Assembly (NCBI RefSeq): GCF_036321535.1
Contig: NC_087437.1
Location: 37,636,001 to 37,700,000 of the forward strand
Length of the DNA: 64,000 bases
Direction: 5' to 3'
Origin: Camelus dromedarius
Lineage: Eukaryota
In this document: piece after piece, positions 26,276-39,699 of the stretch
How the letters are laid out: the number at the start of each line of letters is the position of its first letter
Position numbering within the stretch: position 1 is the stretch's first letter
Translations under genes and position numbers: made by a program
Notes under the pieces: generated by a model
Seen by the model: only the letters and a program-made list of their open reading frames with translations
Databases searched by the model: none
Told to the model about the DNA's origin: nothing

Positions 26276-27304
26276 TATGATATTGTGATTTATAAGAAAT
26301 ATATATGCATTTGGTCATTCAGATGACAAAAATATATTTTTCATATATATTTTGTCTTCATCCAAAGTTCCTGGCTCATAGTTCCCCAAACCCTTGGAAT
26401 TTCCTGAGCAGTAAGAGTAGTGGGAGCATCTTCAATTATAATATTTGGTTTCTTATTCTTAGTTCCTGAAAATATTTCAGAGGCTTAAAGGTGAAATGGA
26501 TATTTTATTATTCATGACAAGCCCTTTCCATCACAACTGGTTTTATGTTAATGAAGGTGACTTTTGGATAGCACAGAAGGATGGGGGCTCATTGCCAGGG
26601 GAACCAACCAGGAATAGAAAGAAGTTGGAACTTTTGTCCCACCTTCTGGTTTCCAGAAAGGGAGAGGGTCTAGAGGTGGAATCAATCACCAATGGACAAT
26701 GAATTAATCAGTCATGCCTACATAATGAAGCCTCCATAAAAGCCCCAAAAGGAGGGTGTTTCGAGAGCTTCCAGGTGGGGGAACCAGAACACTTTGATGT
26801 GCCACAGTGCAGGGCCCCAATCTCCATAAGGATAAAAGATCCTTTGTTTTGAACCTTGCCCTATGTACCTCTTCATTTAGCTGTTGATTCATATTTAATA
26901 TCCTTGGTAACAAGTTGGTAATCTAATGAGTAAATGAGTTTCCTGAGTTCTGTGAGAGGTTCTAGCAAATTAATCAAACCCTAGGTGGAAGTTGTGAGAC
27001 CCTCTGATTTATAGCCATTCTGTCAGAAGTCCAGGTAACAACCTGGACTTGTGATCGGCATCCTAGTTGGAGGTGGTCATAGGAACTTCCAATTTGTAGC
27101 TGATAGGGACCTGAGCTTGCAATTGGTCTCTGAAGTGGGGGACAGTAATGTGGGACTGAGTCCTTAACCTGTGGAATCTGATGCTATGTCCAGGGAGATA
27201 ATGTCAGAATTGAGGTGAGTTGTAGGACACTCAGCTGGTATTCTAAGACTTGTTTGTTGTGGAGAACCTCCCTATCCCCGTGCGCATTGGAATTAGTGTC
27301 AGAA
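26276..27304. mobile_element. MER21-like LTR
   Basis: tgatattgtgatttataagaaatatat, cccttggaatttcctgag, aatcagtcatgcctacataatgaagcctccataaaa, ttcctgagttctgtgag, taacctgtggaatctgatgcta. Confidence 0.75.
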
Positions 27305-28554
27305 CCTATTTACGTCTTAATTTTGTTTTCATGAGACACAAAATAAGTATGTTAGTACAAGTCAAATTATTTTTCCTAAATCCCTTCACACATTCTAATA
27401 CAGCTATTGAATTAATTTCTAGGATTCACTATTATTGTCTCCTGCTAAATATCCTTACTATTTTCAGCTTTCCTTTGTATGTTATATTGTAAGACATTTT
27501 GCAATATGAGCACTCTCTATTAGGTTGTGACCATTTGAAATATCCTTCTTAAGGTATACAGCAAAGAACTGAACAAACTACATCTTTGTCTAGTCCAGTT
27601 TAGAAGAAAATAAGCCTTCAGTTTCCTGAGTTTGGTCCTAGTATTTTTATAAAAATATCTCAAAATTTCATTAGCTTTTTTGTCAGCCACATTATACCAT
27701 CATCTCTTTGTTTGTTACTTTTATTTGCATGAACTTTCTGTTAAATCACATTCCATATCATATACTACTGACTTTTTTCCCTAACTCAAGCATGGAAATT
27801 TATGTTCAGCCCTTTAAAAAATTACTCTCCTTTTACTTAGCCTATCATTTCAATCTGTCTGATCCTTTTGGATTATGATTTCATCATACACCATGTTTTT
27901 TAAAATTTCTCCCAGTTTCATGCCATCTGCACAGTTGATCAGCATACCCCATAGACCTTAATAAAAACATGAGTAAATTAAGTCCAGAGTTAATGGGATT
28001 ACATAGTGCTATGGATTTTCTCCGGTGCTTTTCCAGCTATTTTTTGCTTAAAGGTCTTTTTATTTTTATGGAGTACTATAGAAATGAGGCTCATATGGAT
28101 AAACATTATACTCAGCCTTTCCCAGAAAAAACTTTCAAATGTAATTCTCCTATATGAAATGGTAAGGTACAATATGTTTCATTTATAGAATGAAATTAAT
28201 TATTTTCATGGGGAAAATTATTTTACTAAGTGATAAATAGTGTTAAGTGATAAAGGCAAGATACAAATCTGAATACAAAATATGACATCACTGCTTATAG
28301 ATAGATGTAGACATAAATATAGACATAATGCTAGATATACATATAGAGAACACCAGAATCTAAATGATGTTTCCCTCTAATGGGGTAATTATAGTTGATT
28401 TTTTACTTGTTACTATTTTGTAGTTTCAAATGCTATGTAATGAATTTGTTACCTTTATAAGCAGAAAAAAATATTAAAATATACTTCTACATTATATATC
28501 TTTGAATCAACAAAATTAAAAACAGAATCTGGGAGAAAATGTATGCATTTCTGA

Positions 28555-28790
28555 TGACATTTAGGTTGCGTCCATGTCTTGGCTATTGTAAATATTTCCG
28601 CTGTGAACATTGAGGTGCCTGTATCTTTTGAAACTAGAGTTTTCTTTGGATATATACCGAGGAATGGGATTGCAGGATCATATGGTAACTATATTTTTAG
28701 TTTTTTAAGGAACTTCCATACTGTTTTCCATAGTGGCTGCACCAATTTGCATTCCCACCAACAGTGTAGGAGGGTTCCTTTTTCTCCACA
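28555..28790 (-). mobile_element. L1 ORF2 C-terminal fragment (no 3' UTR)
   Basis: gacatttaggttgcgtccatgtcttggctattgtaaat...catactgttttccatagtggctgcaccaatttgcattcccaccaacagtgtaggagggttcc, closely similar to 38820-39045. Confidence 0.85.
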
Positions 28791-31469
28791 TAAGCACTCC
28801 CTGAGATTTTATGTGTGGTCCTATTCTCTCTTTACATTTAAAATTTGTTTTATTATGTCCATGTATATGGCCTAAAATATCTTCTCTGTGCCTATAAGTC
28901 ATTAAGTCAGTCTTGACTTTTTCCAGCCCTGCATTTCTGACTCTTTACCAACTATCTCTTCTGATCATCTTCATGTCTACTCAAAGTCAGCATATGTAAA
29001 AGCTAATCAGATCGCAGTACTGCTCTGACCGTCCACCTTCCAAAACACACATGCAACACATTCCCTCTTAAGGTGTCTTTTCTGTTAAGGACTCTACTAT
29101 TTCCTGGCCGCCTATGCTAGAACCCTTGTTCTCCCTGGTCTCTTTTCACCATCCTTTATCACCATCACAGGAAAAAAAAATCTAATCTTAATGATTTCTT
29201 CTCCAGTGATACCTCTAGAATCCTTTTTTTTTTTTTTTTTTCCCCTTATCTAGTTCTAAGACCAGGCTCAGGCATTCATGATCAGTCATTTGACTGTCAC
29301 AATTCTCTCTTTGTCAAATCAGAATAACTCTTGTTTTATTTCTTCTCAATTCAGAAGTCTTCAATGACTACCCTTTTGCCCACTAATTATAATTTATTAT
29401 TAAGGTCCCATGAATATCAATGATACTTCAAGATCTTCTAAGCTTTAATGTGTACGGTGTGTTTCATATTATACCCCTGAAGTCCTCCCAAAATTGAAGT
29501 CTGACTGTCTTTTCCATATAATATTACTTGAGTATTACACTCACTGAAAGAAGGAAACAAGTATTCACATAAGAGAAGTTGGATTGGGATTTCAGACTTT
29601 TGTGCAGAGAATGGAAAATCCATACCCATCAGTGCAGGAAGAAGTGATAACTTGGCTTCAGCACTCAGGCAGTATGAGGTAATCTTTTGAACGGTGTCAA
29701 ACGGCTTCAAGTCTTGGTTTGTTTGTCTATAGCCCTGTTCAGGATGGCACTAAGGAAAGCTGCTTGAGTAGTCCTTAACATTTATTTTCCCTTCCCATTG
29801 CCCTTCCTTGACTTTTCATTAAAAAGAAATGTGGAATAAAGGGGGATGGAATTAGAAATATTTAATGGAATAAGGAAGTCTTGAAAAGAGTCTAGAGGAA
29901 AAGGATGATCTGTCTCAGAGAAGTATAGCAAGAAACTTCTATTCAGAGAGAGAAGAATGTTGGGTGGTTCTGTAGCCAGAAATGGTGAGTCAGTGGCAGG
30001 TTGATTAGAGAAGACTTATCCTGGTCTGAATGGTATGACTTAACACCAAATTATAAAGAAGGTGATGAAGCAGCAGATTAGCAGAAAAATAATTTTGCAT
30101 TTCTTCCAGAAACATTAATTTCATGTCACTTGTCACATGTCGCATTTAAAGGAGAAAAAGCAGTTTGTGGACATGAAGACAGTTTTTTCATTATTAAGCA
30201 TGTCCAAAGAAAATGCTGACCAAAGAAACAAAAAAGATGTTTTGTTTTTTGTTTTTTGTGATGAAGCCTGCAGACCTTCAAATATAATTTCCAGGGTAAA
30301 TATTTGAATCCAAATCACTGTCTTTAAAAGCCCAAAGTGCTAATACTATTAAATCTTCTATCTATATATTTTAAATTATTTTTAAGTAGGATGAATCATA
30401 CATTAAATGTAAAAGCACATTTTCTTATTTAAAAAAAAAGTAAATGGAAAATTACCAAAGACATGTTCTTTGCAATTTGGGAGATGAGGGAGATAGATAA
30501 TGCTAACCATTAGGTATATTGTTGCAAATGAAAAGCTGTTTTATAATGTTTATCCAAAGCAGATATTAGTGTGGTAGATGATATTAAGCATTCCATTTAG
30601 GAATTGTCTTTGAGATTTTTTTAGACTTTTACTCCAGTTAGTGGAACTCAGATCCTGGGAGTCAGAGATTTTGGCTCTACTGTATTCTAGCCATTCAGTG
30701 CTGTGGTCTCAATTTTCACGAATTGTGCAGAGTTACAGTGCCAACCAGTACCCTTCTTAAATCCTTCATCCTACTTTTCCATTCTTCAAGAACTAATCCC
30801 TATCAAGATATGATCAGAGAATGGTTTAGCTATAAGCCCTTCAAGGTGCAATCTACACATTTTAAAAAGACTATGTAGATTTAAAGCTACTCTAACTAAT
30901 AGTCCACCTTTACTTAGAAAATGCGCTCACATTCTCCCTGAGACTATTTTTTTAGGAGTAGTCAATATCTGGTTTGAAACAGAGAGAAAACTCCAGTCAG
31001 AGTATATGAGGAAAGAATGTTTTGTAACCCTAATATGGAGTTCTCAAACAGGGAGTTCTCTCTGCTATGAATGGGGATAAGGGTTGAAGAGAAGCCTCAG
31101 TGATTTAGTTATCTTCGTCATCCCAAAACCTATTTATGAAATTTCAAAAAAATCAAAATTAGCCTGATGCAGAGGTTATTTGTTTATTATTTATTAATTT
31201 TGGTGGTTTTTTGTTTTGGTTTGTTTAAAAGTGTTTTATTGTGAAATATATTATACAGACAAAACATGCATAATATAGATATGTACAGTTGAAAGATTAG
31301 TGATAAAATGAATGTAATTGAACCCACCACCTGAAGAAGCAGAGAATTACCAGAACCTTGAAGGCCACGTATATTCCTGCCCTGATAACCTCCTGTACTC
31401 TCTCCCAGAGAGCTGGCCACTTTTCTGAAATATGAGATAATCATTCCTTGATTTCCTTTGTTTTCTTCC

Positions 31470-31648
31470 AGCACTGTATAAATTTTAGGTGTACAGAATA
31501 ATGATTTGACTCATATGTATCACGAGATGATTATCACAGTAAGTTTAGTAAGCATCCATCATCTCATATAGATGCAAAATAAGAGGAAAAGAAAAAAAAT
31601 TTCTTTTTATAACTCTTAGAATTTACTCTATTAAGAACTTTCATATTT
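31470..31648 (-). mobile_element. L1MA9-like 3' end fragment
   Basis: gcactgtataaattttaggtgtacag...gattatcacagtaagtttagtaagcatccatcatctcatataga...aactcttagaatttactct. Confidence 0.65.
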
Positions 31649-31944
31649 GTGAATTTTGTTTTATTTTAATAACCCTGTAGAGGTGAGAGAGAATGCCAGA
31701 AGAAGATTAGACTTTCATAGTGGAGACTATTAACTATCTTGTAGTTGATAAGTATAAGATGAAGGGTGAGCCAGAAAGCAGGGATAAAATCAAGATAGAT
31801 CTCATAGAAATACCAAAGATCTCCTGAGTAGAGACCACTAGAGCCTACTAAAACATTGCTAAAAATATTAGACAACTTCAATAGTTTGTTTTCTCCTTCT
31901 CCCTTTTCTCCTTTCCTTATTTTTTAACTTTCAAACTTTTAAAA

Positions 31945-32955
31945 AATACTTTTTAGATGATTTTTAGGTTCATAGCAAAATTGAGCAGAAGGTGGAGATA
32001 TTTCATACACCCATCTGCTCCCACACATGATAGCCTCCCCCATTATCAATATCCTCCACCCACGTGGCACATTTGTTGCAGCTAATAAACCTGCATCGAT
32101 GCATTATAATCACTCAAAATCCACAGTTTATGTTAGGGCTCACTATTGGTGTAGTACATTTCTGTGGTTTTGAGCAAATGTATAATGATGTACACCCATC
32201 ATTACAGTATCATACAGGGTAGTTTCACTGCCTAAAAAATACTCTGTGTTCTGCCTACTGTTTCCTCCCTGTACCCCCATCCCCTGGCAACTACTGATCT
32301 TTTTATGATCTTCATAGTTTTGTCTTTTCCAGAATGTCATATAGTTGAAATCATACAGTTTATAACCTTTTCAGATTAGCTTCTTTCACTTAGTAATATG
32401 CATTTGACGTTCCTCTGTGTCTTTTCATGGATTGATATCTCATTTCTTTTTAGTTCTGATTAATATTCTGTTTTCTTCATGCATCACAGTTTATCCATTC
32501 ACTTACTAAAGGACATCTAGATGGTTTCAAATTTTGGCAATTATGAATAAAGTTGCTATAAATATCCATGTGCAGGTTTTTGTATGGACATTAGTTTTCA
32601 ACTTCTTTGGATAAATGCCAAGGAGTGCAGTTGGTGTATTGTATGGTAAGGCTGTGTTTAGTTTTTTTTTAAAAAACCCAAACTGTCTGTACAATTTTGC
32701 TTTCCTATGAGCAATGAGGGAGTTCCCATTGCTTCACCTCCTCACCAGCATTTAGTGTTGTCAGTGTTCTGATTCTGGCCATTCTAATAGGTGTGTAGTG
32801 GTATCTCATGTTTTAATACGCATTTTCCTGGTGACATATTATGTGGAGCATTTTTTCATATGCTTTTTTGCCATTTGTATATCTTCTTTGATGAGATGTC
32901 TTTGAAGTCTGTGGCCCACTTTTTAATTGGATTGTTTGTTTTCTTATTGTTTAGT
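31945..32955 (-). mobile_element. L1MC-like 3' UTR and ORF2 end
   Basis: tttaggttcatagcaaaattgagcagaagg...cttttccagaatgtcatatagttgaaatcatacag...ggccattctaataggtgtgtagtggtatctca. Confidence 0.85.
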
Positions 32956-32957
32956 TT

Positions 32958-33125
32958 TTTGGCTATATGCCCCATGTTGTATAATACATCCTTGTAGCCT
33001 ATCTTACACCCAATAGTTTATGCCTTCCTCTCCCCTCTCCTGTGTTCCCCCCAATACCCCACTAGTAACCCCTAGATTGTTCTCTGTATCTGAGTCTGCT
33101 TCTTTTTTGTTATATTCACTAGTTT
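32958..33125 (-). mobile_element. L1 3' UTR interior fragment (different subfamily)
   Basis: ccatgttgtataatacatccttgtagcctatcttacacccaatagttt...ttgttctctgtatctgagtctgcttcttttttgttatattcactagttt. Confidence 0.6.
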
Positions 33126-33354
33126 ATAGCATCAGATGTATGCAATTAATATAAATTAACCAAGAAGGCCTTGATTTAAAATTATTCTTTTTCTTCTAAA
33201 TTTCTGTTAAATGAAAATTTTCCAGTGTTTTCTATTTTTGCCCATGATTTCTTTGTTTCTCACATCACTAAGTGTCCTGAACTTGAATTTTGAACAAAAA
33301 ATTATTCTCTAATGTGTTTTCTCTTGTTCTCTCCCTGAATTTATATTGTTTCAA

Positions 33355-33550
33355 CCTGGCAAGCTTGAGTTTAAATCTCTGTTATGACACTAATTATGTG
33401 ACTTTGGGAAAGTGACTTTATCTTTCTGAGTCTTGGTTTTATTTTCTGTAAAATGGAGATAACATTGCTTTGTAGATTTTTTTAATGAGGATTAAATGAT
33501 GTGATTTGTGTCACTTAGTGAAGTGCCTGGCATATAGTAGGTCCATGTTA
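33355..33550 (+). mobile_element. MIR SINE
   Basis: MIR core tgtgactttgggaaagtgactttatctttctgagtcttggttttattttctgtaaaatggagataa, then gtgcctggcatatagtagg. Confidence 0.8.
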
Positions 33551-34934
33551 ATCCATCTGTCTGTCATCTGCTCTCTTGATATATGATAATATATGAAAGT
33601 AAGTTCAGTCTTTTACAATAGATACAAATGTTAGTAATTGTCAATGCCATTGTCATAAAACAATATCTAAACATTGATATTCAGGGACAATATATTTTAA
33701 TATAATTGAAACATGTCCCTTTATGTTCTAATGGTTTTGAATTGTCTTATAGGTATTATTATATATCAAGTGTTTGTTTTGTTAAAGATTCTGGACCTAC
33801 CTATAACAGTAAAACCTTGGGTTCCAATCTTGCCAATTCTTTTTTAGATTTTTTCCCTTTGCTTGAAACACCTTTGTCTCTCAGTGAGACTGTGGTTGTA
33901 TGTGTTATGTGTATCCTCATTTTTAAACTGTTACCTCCATTTTCCTTCCTTTGACCCGTTCTTTAGTTTCCTTTCTTATCTTATGCCTCAGTAATTACAG
34001 CATCCTTAGTTCAGCTAAAATGAGCAAGTATATCATTATGTTTTAAGTTCAGAGCAGTATAGGGAGTGAGAAGATCATGGATTGTTTTTACTTTGATAAA
34101 AATTCTTCTGGTTGTACTATGGTTCTGTGTAATAAAAGAAATGACACTGAAGACAGGATTAACTTTTGCCTTTAGTTTTAAGTTAACTTTCTTAGGTTGG
34201 TAACAAAATTCACAACTTGATTATTGGGCATTCTGGAATAATAAAACAAAATGAGAAAAATGCTGAAAAGAGTGACTACTGAAGACAAAAAAAAAATCCT
34301 TAGCTGATGAAAATAATAGAACAACTAATAATTAGACTAATTTTAGAAAATTAACAACTATGAAAGATCCATTTTAACCATTTTAAAATTTAATATCTTC
34401 CTTTTGTCTTCAAACATAGATGTGTTCTCTGTGTTATAATTTTTTAACTTGACTTGCTATCCCATGTGGTTAAGTCTTTTTGGCTCACTGCTTTATGGTC
34501 AAATTGTTTGATACTTTCTATCTTTCCTTTTCTTAATTTCATGTACTCTCGTATCTATTCCACCCCTCTATAGACCACTGCTCTCAGGAGAGGTCAGCAC
34601 CTTACATTGGCAGGAGTGATCTTCATGTATTACTTGCCCTTAACAACACATTGGGTTATAAACAGTGTGAGAAGAAACCGAGGAGACTATTTAGTTGAAG
34701 TATTTATTTTTCAAATGAGAAACCCCACCCCCAGAGAGGCTAAATGACTTGATCAAGGTTCCTTAGCAAACTAGTGACTGAAGCAAAGTGAAACTTCTGT
34801 ACCCTGATTCCTAATTCAATGTAGTCATAAGATTAAGTACTAAATAAATTTCTAGTTCTAAAGGTAGAAATAAAACAAGATCTTTTTCCTGTACATGAAT
34901 GGGGCTTTACTAATTTTGCTGATAGGTAACATCT

Positions 34935-35070
34935 CAATGCTTATCGAATGCTAAGTGTCTTGCATGGTTGACCTCATTTAATCCTCACATTAATCCTACA
35001 AGGTCAGGAATGTTATTAGTCCCATTTTACAGATGGGGGAAATGAGGCAGATAATAACTTGCTTAATATC
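34935..35070 (-). mobile_element. MIR SINE
   Basis: ctcatttaatcctcacattaatcctacaaggtcaggaatgttattagtcccattttacagatgggggaaatgaggcaga. Confidence 0.75.
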
Positions 35071-36589
35071 AGACGGTTACAGTCTCAGTTCATATAAACA
35101 ATAATAAGATGAAATACATACGTCCAAGTCCTCTTACATAAAGGTTGCCTGTAGATGGCTGGGGCACTGAGTTCTTTCTTATCTGGTCTGGGCTGGGAAG
35201 GAACAGGAGTTGGGAAAACAGCATTGGCCTAGTTGGATCTCAGTGGGTACCTCAGTCTTGGCAAGGATCAGATGTGTGTCCTGTCAGTTTCTGGAGAACA
35301 GGGTCGATATTATTCCCAGGGAGTTTAGTACAATAACCCAGTTAAAGATTTATTAAATAAAGGAATAAACTGGACCATGGAACTAGGAAATCTTTTGCTC
35401 TACTTGTAAACTGAATAGTGAAAATGATATTACTACTAATACTAATTTATATATATAAATGCAAATATGCTTTCCAAGGCTGATGATTCACTTCTGTGAA
35501 ACATGCTCATGAGGCCAGTAATGGAAATATAATCCTGTCAGCTTCCTCTTCTTTCACGGACATAGACATTGACCCAGACCATTTCTGTACTTTCAAGAAA
35601 GACCCTATGAGAGAATGTAGATCAGTTACTGCAAATCCATCTCTATCATCATCAGTCTTAAAAGAATCTAAAGTGCATGCTTTCCTGGTAGTGGGTCAGA
35701 AAATGTCATCTTTGCACTGGAAAGTCAGCCGTGTTTTTATGGTTGACCTCACAAATCACGTTACATATAAATTCAACTGTGTTGTAACTTTATCATTCTT
35801 TCTTGGCCTACCATAAAAAGAAGTATAGCTTTTAAAATAAATGCCAAAGCATATATCAAAGAATATCCTTAAGAAGCTTTGTTCTAAATCCTCTTCTTTC
35901 TAGCAGTAGAGCTTATCTTCTGCTTCTCACCTTGGAACACTTATCCAAGCAATCTGTTATTTCAAACACAGTGATTTATTTAAATAGAATATGAGGAAAT
36001 TTAAATCAGTGTGGCCTTTAATTGATTAAAAACCAAAATTTTAAGAATCCAAAACTAAAAACTAATCTTATGTTTTGTATATTGAGGAAAGATAGGTAGA
36101 TATACTAATATATCACAAAAGCTTGGTAGTAGTATTAAAATTGAAGGGTCAGGCTTAATACTAATTTTCAAATTATAAAATTTCTCCGTATGAAATCCAA
36201 TTTTTAATTTTTTTCATTTTAATAAACATACAGTAATATTTTAGTAAGTATATTTCATTCTCCAACATGACTTATAATAATTTTATAGAGAAAATATTGA
36301 ATAATAGGAAATGCAAATTAGCTTTTTAAAACCTATTGTTGTAAGTACATAGTTGTGTAGACATAAAATATACAGAATATTCCAAAGATTTTATTAAATT
36401 TGTTAAACATTTTCACAGTGAAGAAAATAGGAAAATAACAAACCTGTTTCGGAAAATAATAATAAAGAGAAAATAATTACCGTTAGTATAAAATCAAATG
36501 CTAAATGTTGTGATAAAATTTATATATAGCCAAAAATGAGAGAAGAAAAGATAATGCTTAATAAGAAAAACAGATGCAGTCACAAATAG

Positions 36590-36790
36590 GGAATGAAATG
36601 AGTGGTGATATGTAAATGAAAAGACCTGAATTCTAAATTCATCCCCCACTTACAGATTATGTGACCTTGAGCAAGTTAGTTACTGCTAATGGAGGTAACA
36701 CTTGTCCTGCATACTTTGTAGGACTTCATGAAAAAAAAAATCAGGTAAAAATAATATAAAAGCTTTCTTGCAAATAGAACATAGTATTAA
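36590..36790 (+). mobile_element. MIR SINE (degraded)
   Basis: agacctgaattctaaattcatcccccacttacagattatgtgaccttgagcaagtta. Confidence 0.6.
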
Positions 36791-37643
36791 AGTGGATGCT
36801 AGTATTTCTACCTTTTACACTAGGTTGACACCTAGTATAATACTTTAGAATTTGACTACAACTAATTATAGCTCCTTCTTTTATTTAGAGTTAGAAAAAT
36901 CTGTGGGTTAAATTGTGTCACATTAACACATTACTCCTAGATAGGAAAAGATTTAGATTGGGTATTTGTCTTTTCTAGTCTTTTTCAGAGGTATTTATGA
37001 TTTGTCTCTCAATATCCATGTTAGAAATTCAGAAATTTAGGGATACATTGAGTCATAAAAAGAAAATCTTAAATATTTTGAACAATAATTTATGTTTATG
37101 ATGTTAAAAACCATTTAAAACTGAAATGGCAATTAGCACAATTTTTTTTTTTAACTTTAACTCCTAGTCTTGTGATACTTTTACTGAGCTTGTATTATTC
37201 TGGTGTTTCAAAGCAGGGAAAGCATGGGAAACTTAGACCTCATACAAGTAACTGAATGTTTAATTTAACTCTTCCCTTTTACTTTCTTGCCTCAATTTAT
37301 ATTGAGGCTTAAAGGAAAAAAACAGATAACTCTGTATCGCCATAGTCAAGCACCTATGACTGACTCACCAAGAGGATAAGTGACAGGAGAGTGATGTAAG
37401 GAGAGAATTTTTGAAGAGAGCCCCTTTAGAGAGAGTTGTGCTATGAATCCCACCTTCCCACGAGAAGGATTTCAATGAGGTTACTCTGAGAACTTGATGT
37501 GTGTCCCTGGTGATTGAGAAGGTTAGTAGGCTGGTGATTGAGGCAAGACAAAGTAAGCTAAAGGGAGTAGTGTCAATGGGGTGAACACATATTTCTTTTG
37601 ATGGAAAGAATCTATACTTGTTTTTCATGAGTTAATGCTACAG

Positions 37644-38003
37644 TGTTGCACGTTGCCATCACAGGAAGCAAACTCTGAAAGAGGGATCAGATAGCTCATG
37701 AAAATTGTTTTTAGTGAGTATTGTTGGGATCAACACCTGTGGAAGGGAGGGCTGAAGGGGAAGTAGGGCTGCAAGGCTGAATAGCTCTTCAGAGTTTACC
37801 CGAGGTAGTACAAGAGGGCAGATCCTTTATCTCCCCATGTTAATCAGTCTTGGGACACTGGCTACCCATGGAAGGAACTGTGACCATAGGTAAGACATCC
37901 CCAAAGAGGGCTGAGAGTTGAGTGTAACCCTCCCACTAAGAGGGGGATTAAATTCTTCTTTCCTGAAGGAGCACCTGGGCAGTGCATCACAGTATCCATC
38001 ACA
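37644..38003. mobile_element. LTR16/LTR33-like ERVL solo LTR remnant
   Basis: ggaagcaaactctga...ttgggatcaacacctgtggaagggagg...ctgggcagtgcatcacagtatccatcaca. Confidence 0.55.
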
Positions 38004-38209
38004 AATCCCAGGTTTCAGCTGAGGAATCCACAAAGGGAATGTCAGCCTAGAGTCTCTGCCTTCAATGTGAAGGAACTCTGGTAGTAAGTATAATGGGGTG
38101 TATCACTGGGGCACAAACCAAGGATGTATTTGAAGTAACCAACTGAAGGAAGGGCACTGCCACTGCCAAGGCAGGTATATAAGAGGGCATAAGAGGAAAT
38201 TCTCTTGAA

Positions 38210-39346
38210 CAGCACTGCCCATTATAATGTGAACCACATATGTGATTTTAAACTTTCTAGTAGTCACATTTAAAAAAAAAATGGAAACGAAAGAAGTGAA
38301 ATTATTCTTTTTTTAACATTTTTTATTGATTTATAATCATTTTACAATGTTGTGTCAAATTCCAGTGTAGAGCACAATTTTTCAGTTATACACGAACATA
38401 TATATATTCATTGTCACTTTTTTTCTCACTTTTTTTTCTCTTATGTGAGCTACCATAAGATCTTGTGTATATTTCCCTGTGCTTTACAGTATAATCTTGT
38501 TTATCTATTCTACAATTTTAAAATCCCGTCTATCCCTTCCCACCCTCCACCCCCTTGGCAACCACAAGTTTGTATTCTATGTCTATGAGTCTATTTCTGT
38601 TTTGTATTTATGCTTTGTTTTTTGTTTTTGTTTTTTAGATTCCACATATGAGCGATCTCATATGGTATTTTTCTTTCTCTTTCTGGCTTACTTCACTTAG
38701 AATGACATTCTCCAGGAGCATCCATGTTGCTGCAAATGGCGTTATGTTGTCAGTTTTTATGGCTGAATAGTATTCCATTGTATAAATATACATCTTCTTT
38801 ATCCAGTCATCCGTTGATGGACATTTAGGCTGTTTCCATGTCTTGGCTATTGTAAATAGTGCTGCTATGAACATTGGTGTCATCCTGAAGTAGGGTTCCT
38901 TCTGGATATAAGCCTAGGAGCGGGATTCCTGGGTCATATGGTAAGTCTATTCCTACTCTTTTGAGGAATCTCCATACTGTTTTCCATAGTGGCTGCACCA
39001 AACTGCATTCCCACCAACAGTGTAGGAGGGTTCCCCTTTCTCCATAGCCTCTCCAGCATTTGTCATTTGTGGATTTTTGAATAATGGCCATTCTGACTGG
39101 TGTGAGGAAATTATTCTTAAAGACATTTAATAATTTAGATTATTTTCCATTTTTCTAATTGAAAATATATTTTAAGATATTTAATGTATTTTTATTTCAA
39201 GATTATAGTCAAAATAAAAATATCAATGAGATACTTTGCATTCCTTTTTTTGTTCTATGCCTTTGAAATCAGCATATATTTTAGAGTAGCCACATTTTAA
39301 GTGCTCAGTTGCTTCAAATTGGACCAATACCATTTGGACAGTTCAG
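38210..39346. mobile_element. MER33-like DNA transposon split by an L1 insertion
   Basis: Left arm cagcactgccc...ccacatatgtgattttaaactttctagtagtcacatt. Right arm aatgagatactttgcattc...gtagccacattttaagtgctca...ttggacagttcag, followed by ttctagag. Confidence 0.75.
38310..39106 (-). mobile_element. Young 5'-truncated L1 (ORF2 C-terminus plus 3' UTR), camelid-like
   Basis: ORF2 Cys-rich peptides ([39 protein letters not shown]), T tract at the left end, perfect 12-bp TSD gaaattattctt (38298-38309 and 39107-39118). Confidence 0.95.
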
Positions 39347-39699
39347 TTCTAGAGAACCTACAGAAATGTCCTAGAGGGAAAAAGTCGGCTTTGAATTTCT
39401 GCCAGACCCTAGAGATTGTCAATCCATTACATGATAGTGGCAGTCAAATCAGAATTTTTTACACCTCTTATCTCTTTCAAGTTCTGTCCCACAAGTGTCA
39501 AAAACATTAGTTCCTGAGTGAGGAAGAAAAGAAGTTACCTAAATCCTCTTCCTCAAAAGCAATCAGCCCAAGCTATTTGTTGCAAGATGAAGTCATATTT
39601 CCTTAAATGAAGATGAAAGTGTTGAATATGATTGAAACAAATGGAATGTTTAGAGCATTGTGAATGAAACCAGAAACACATCTTAAAATGATCAGTTTT

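Noticed and set aside
29608..29678. Possible plus-strand exon (tgtgcag|...GAG|gtaatc, MENPYPSVQEEVITW...)
   Set aside because: Weak pyrimidine tract, unrecognised peptide and no partner exons. Such matches arise by chance in 64 kb.
35496..35816. 106-aa ORF
   Set aside because: GTG start, no recognisable domain and no convincing splice context.
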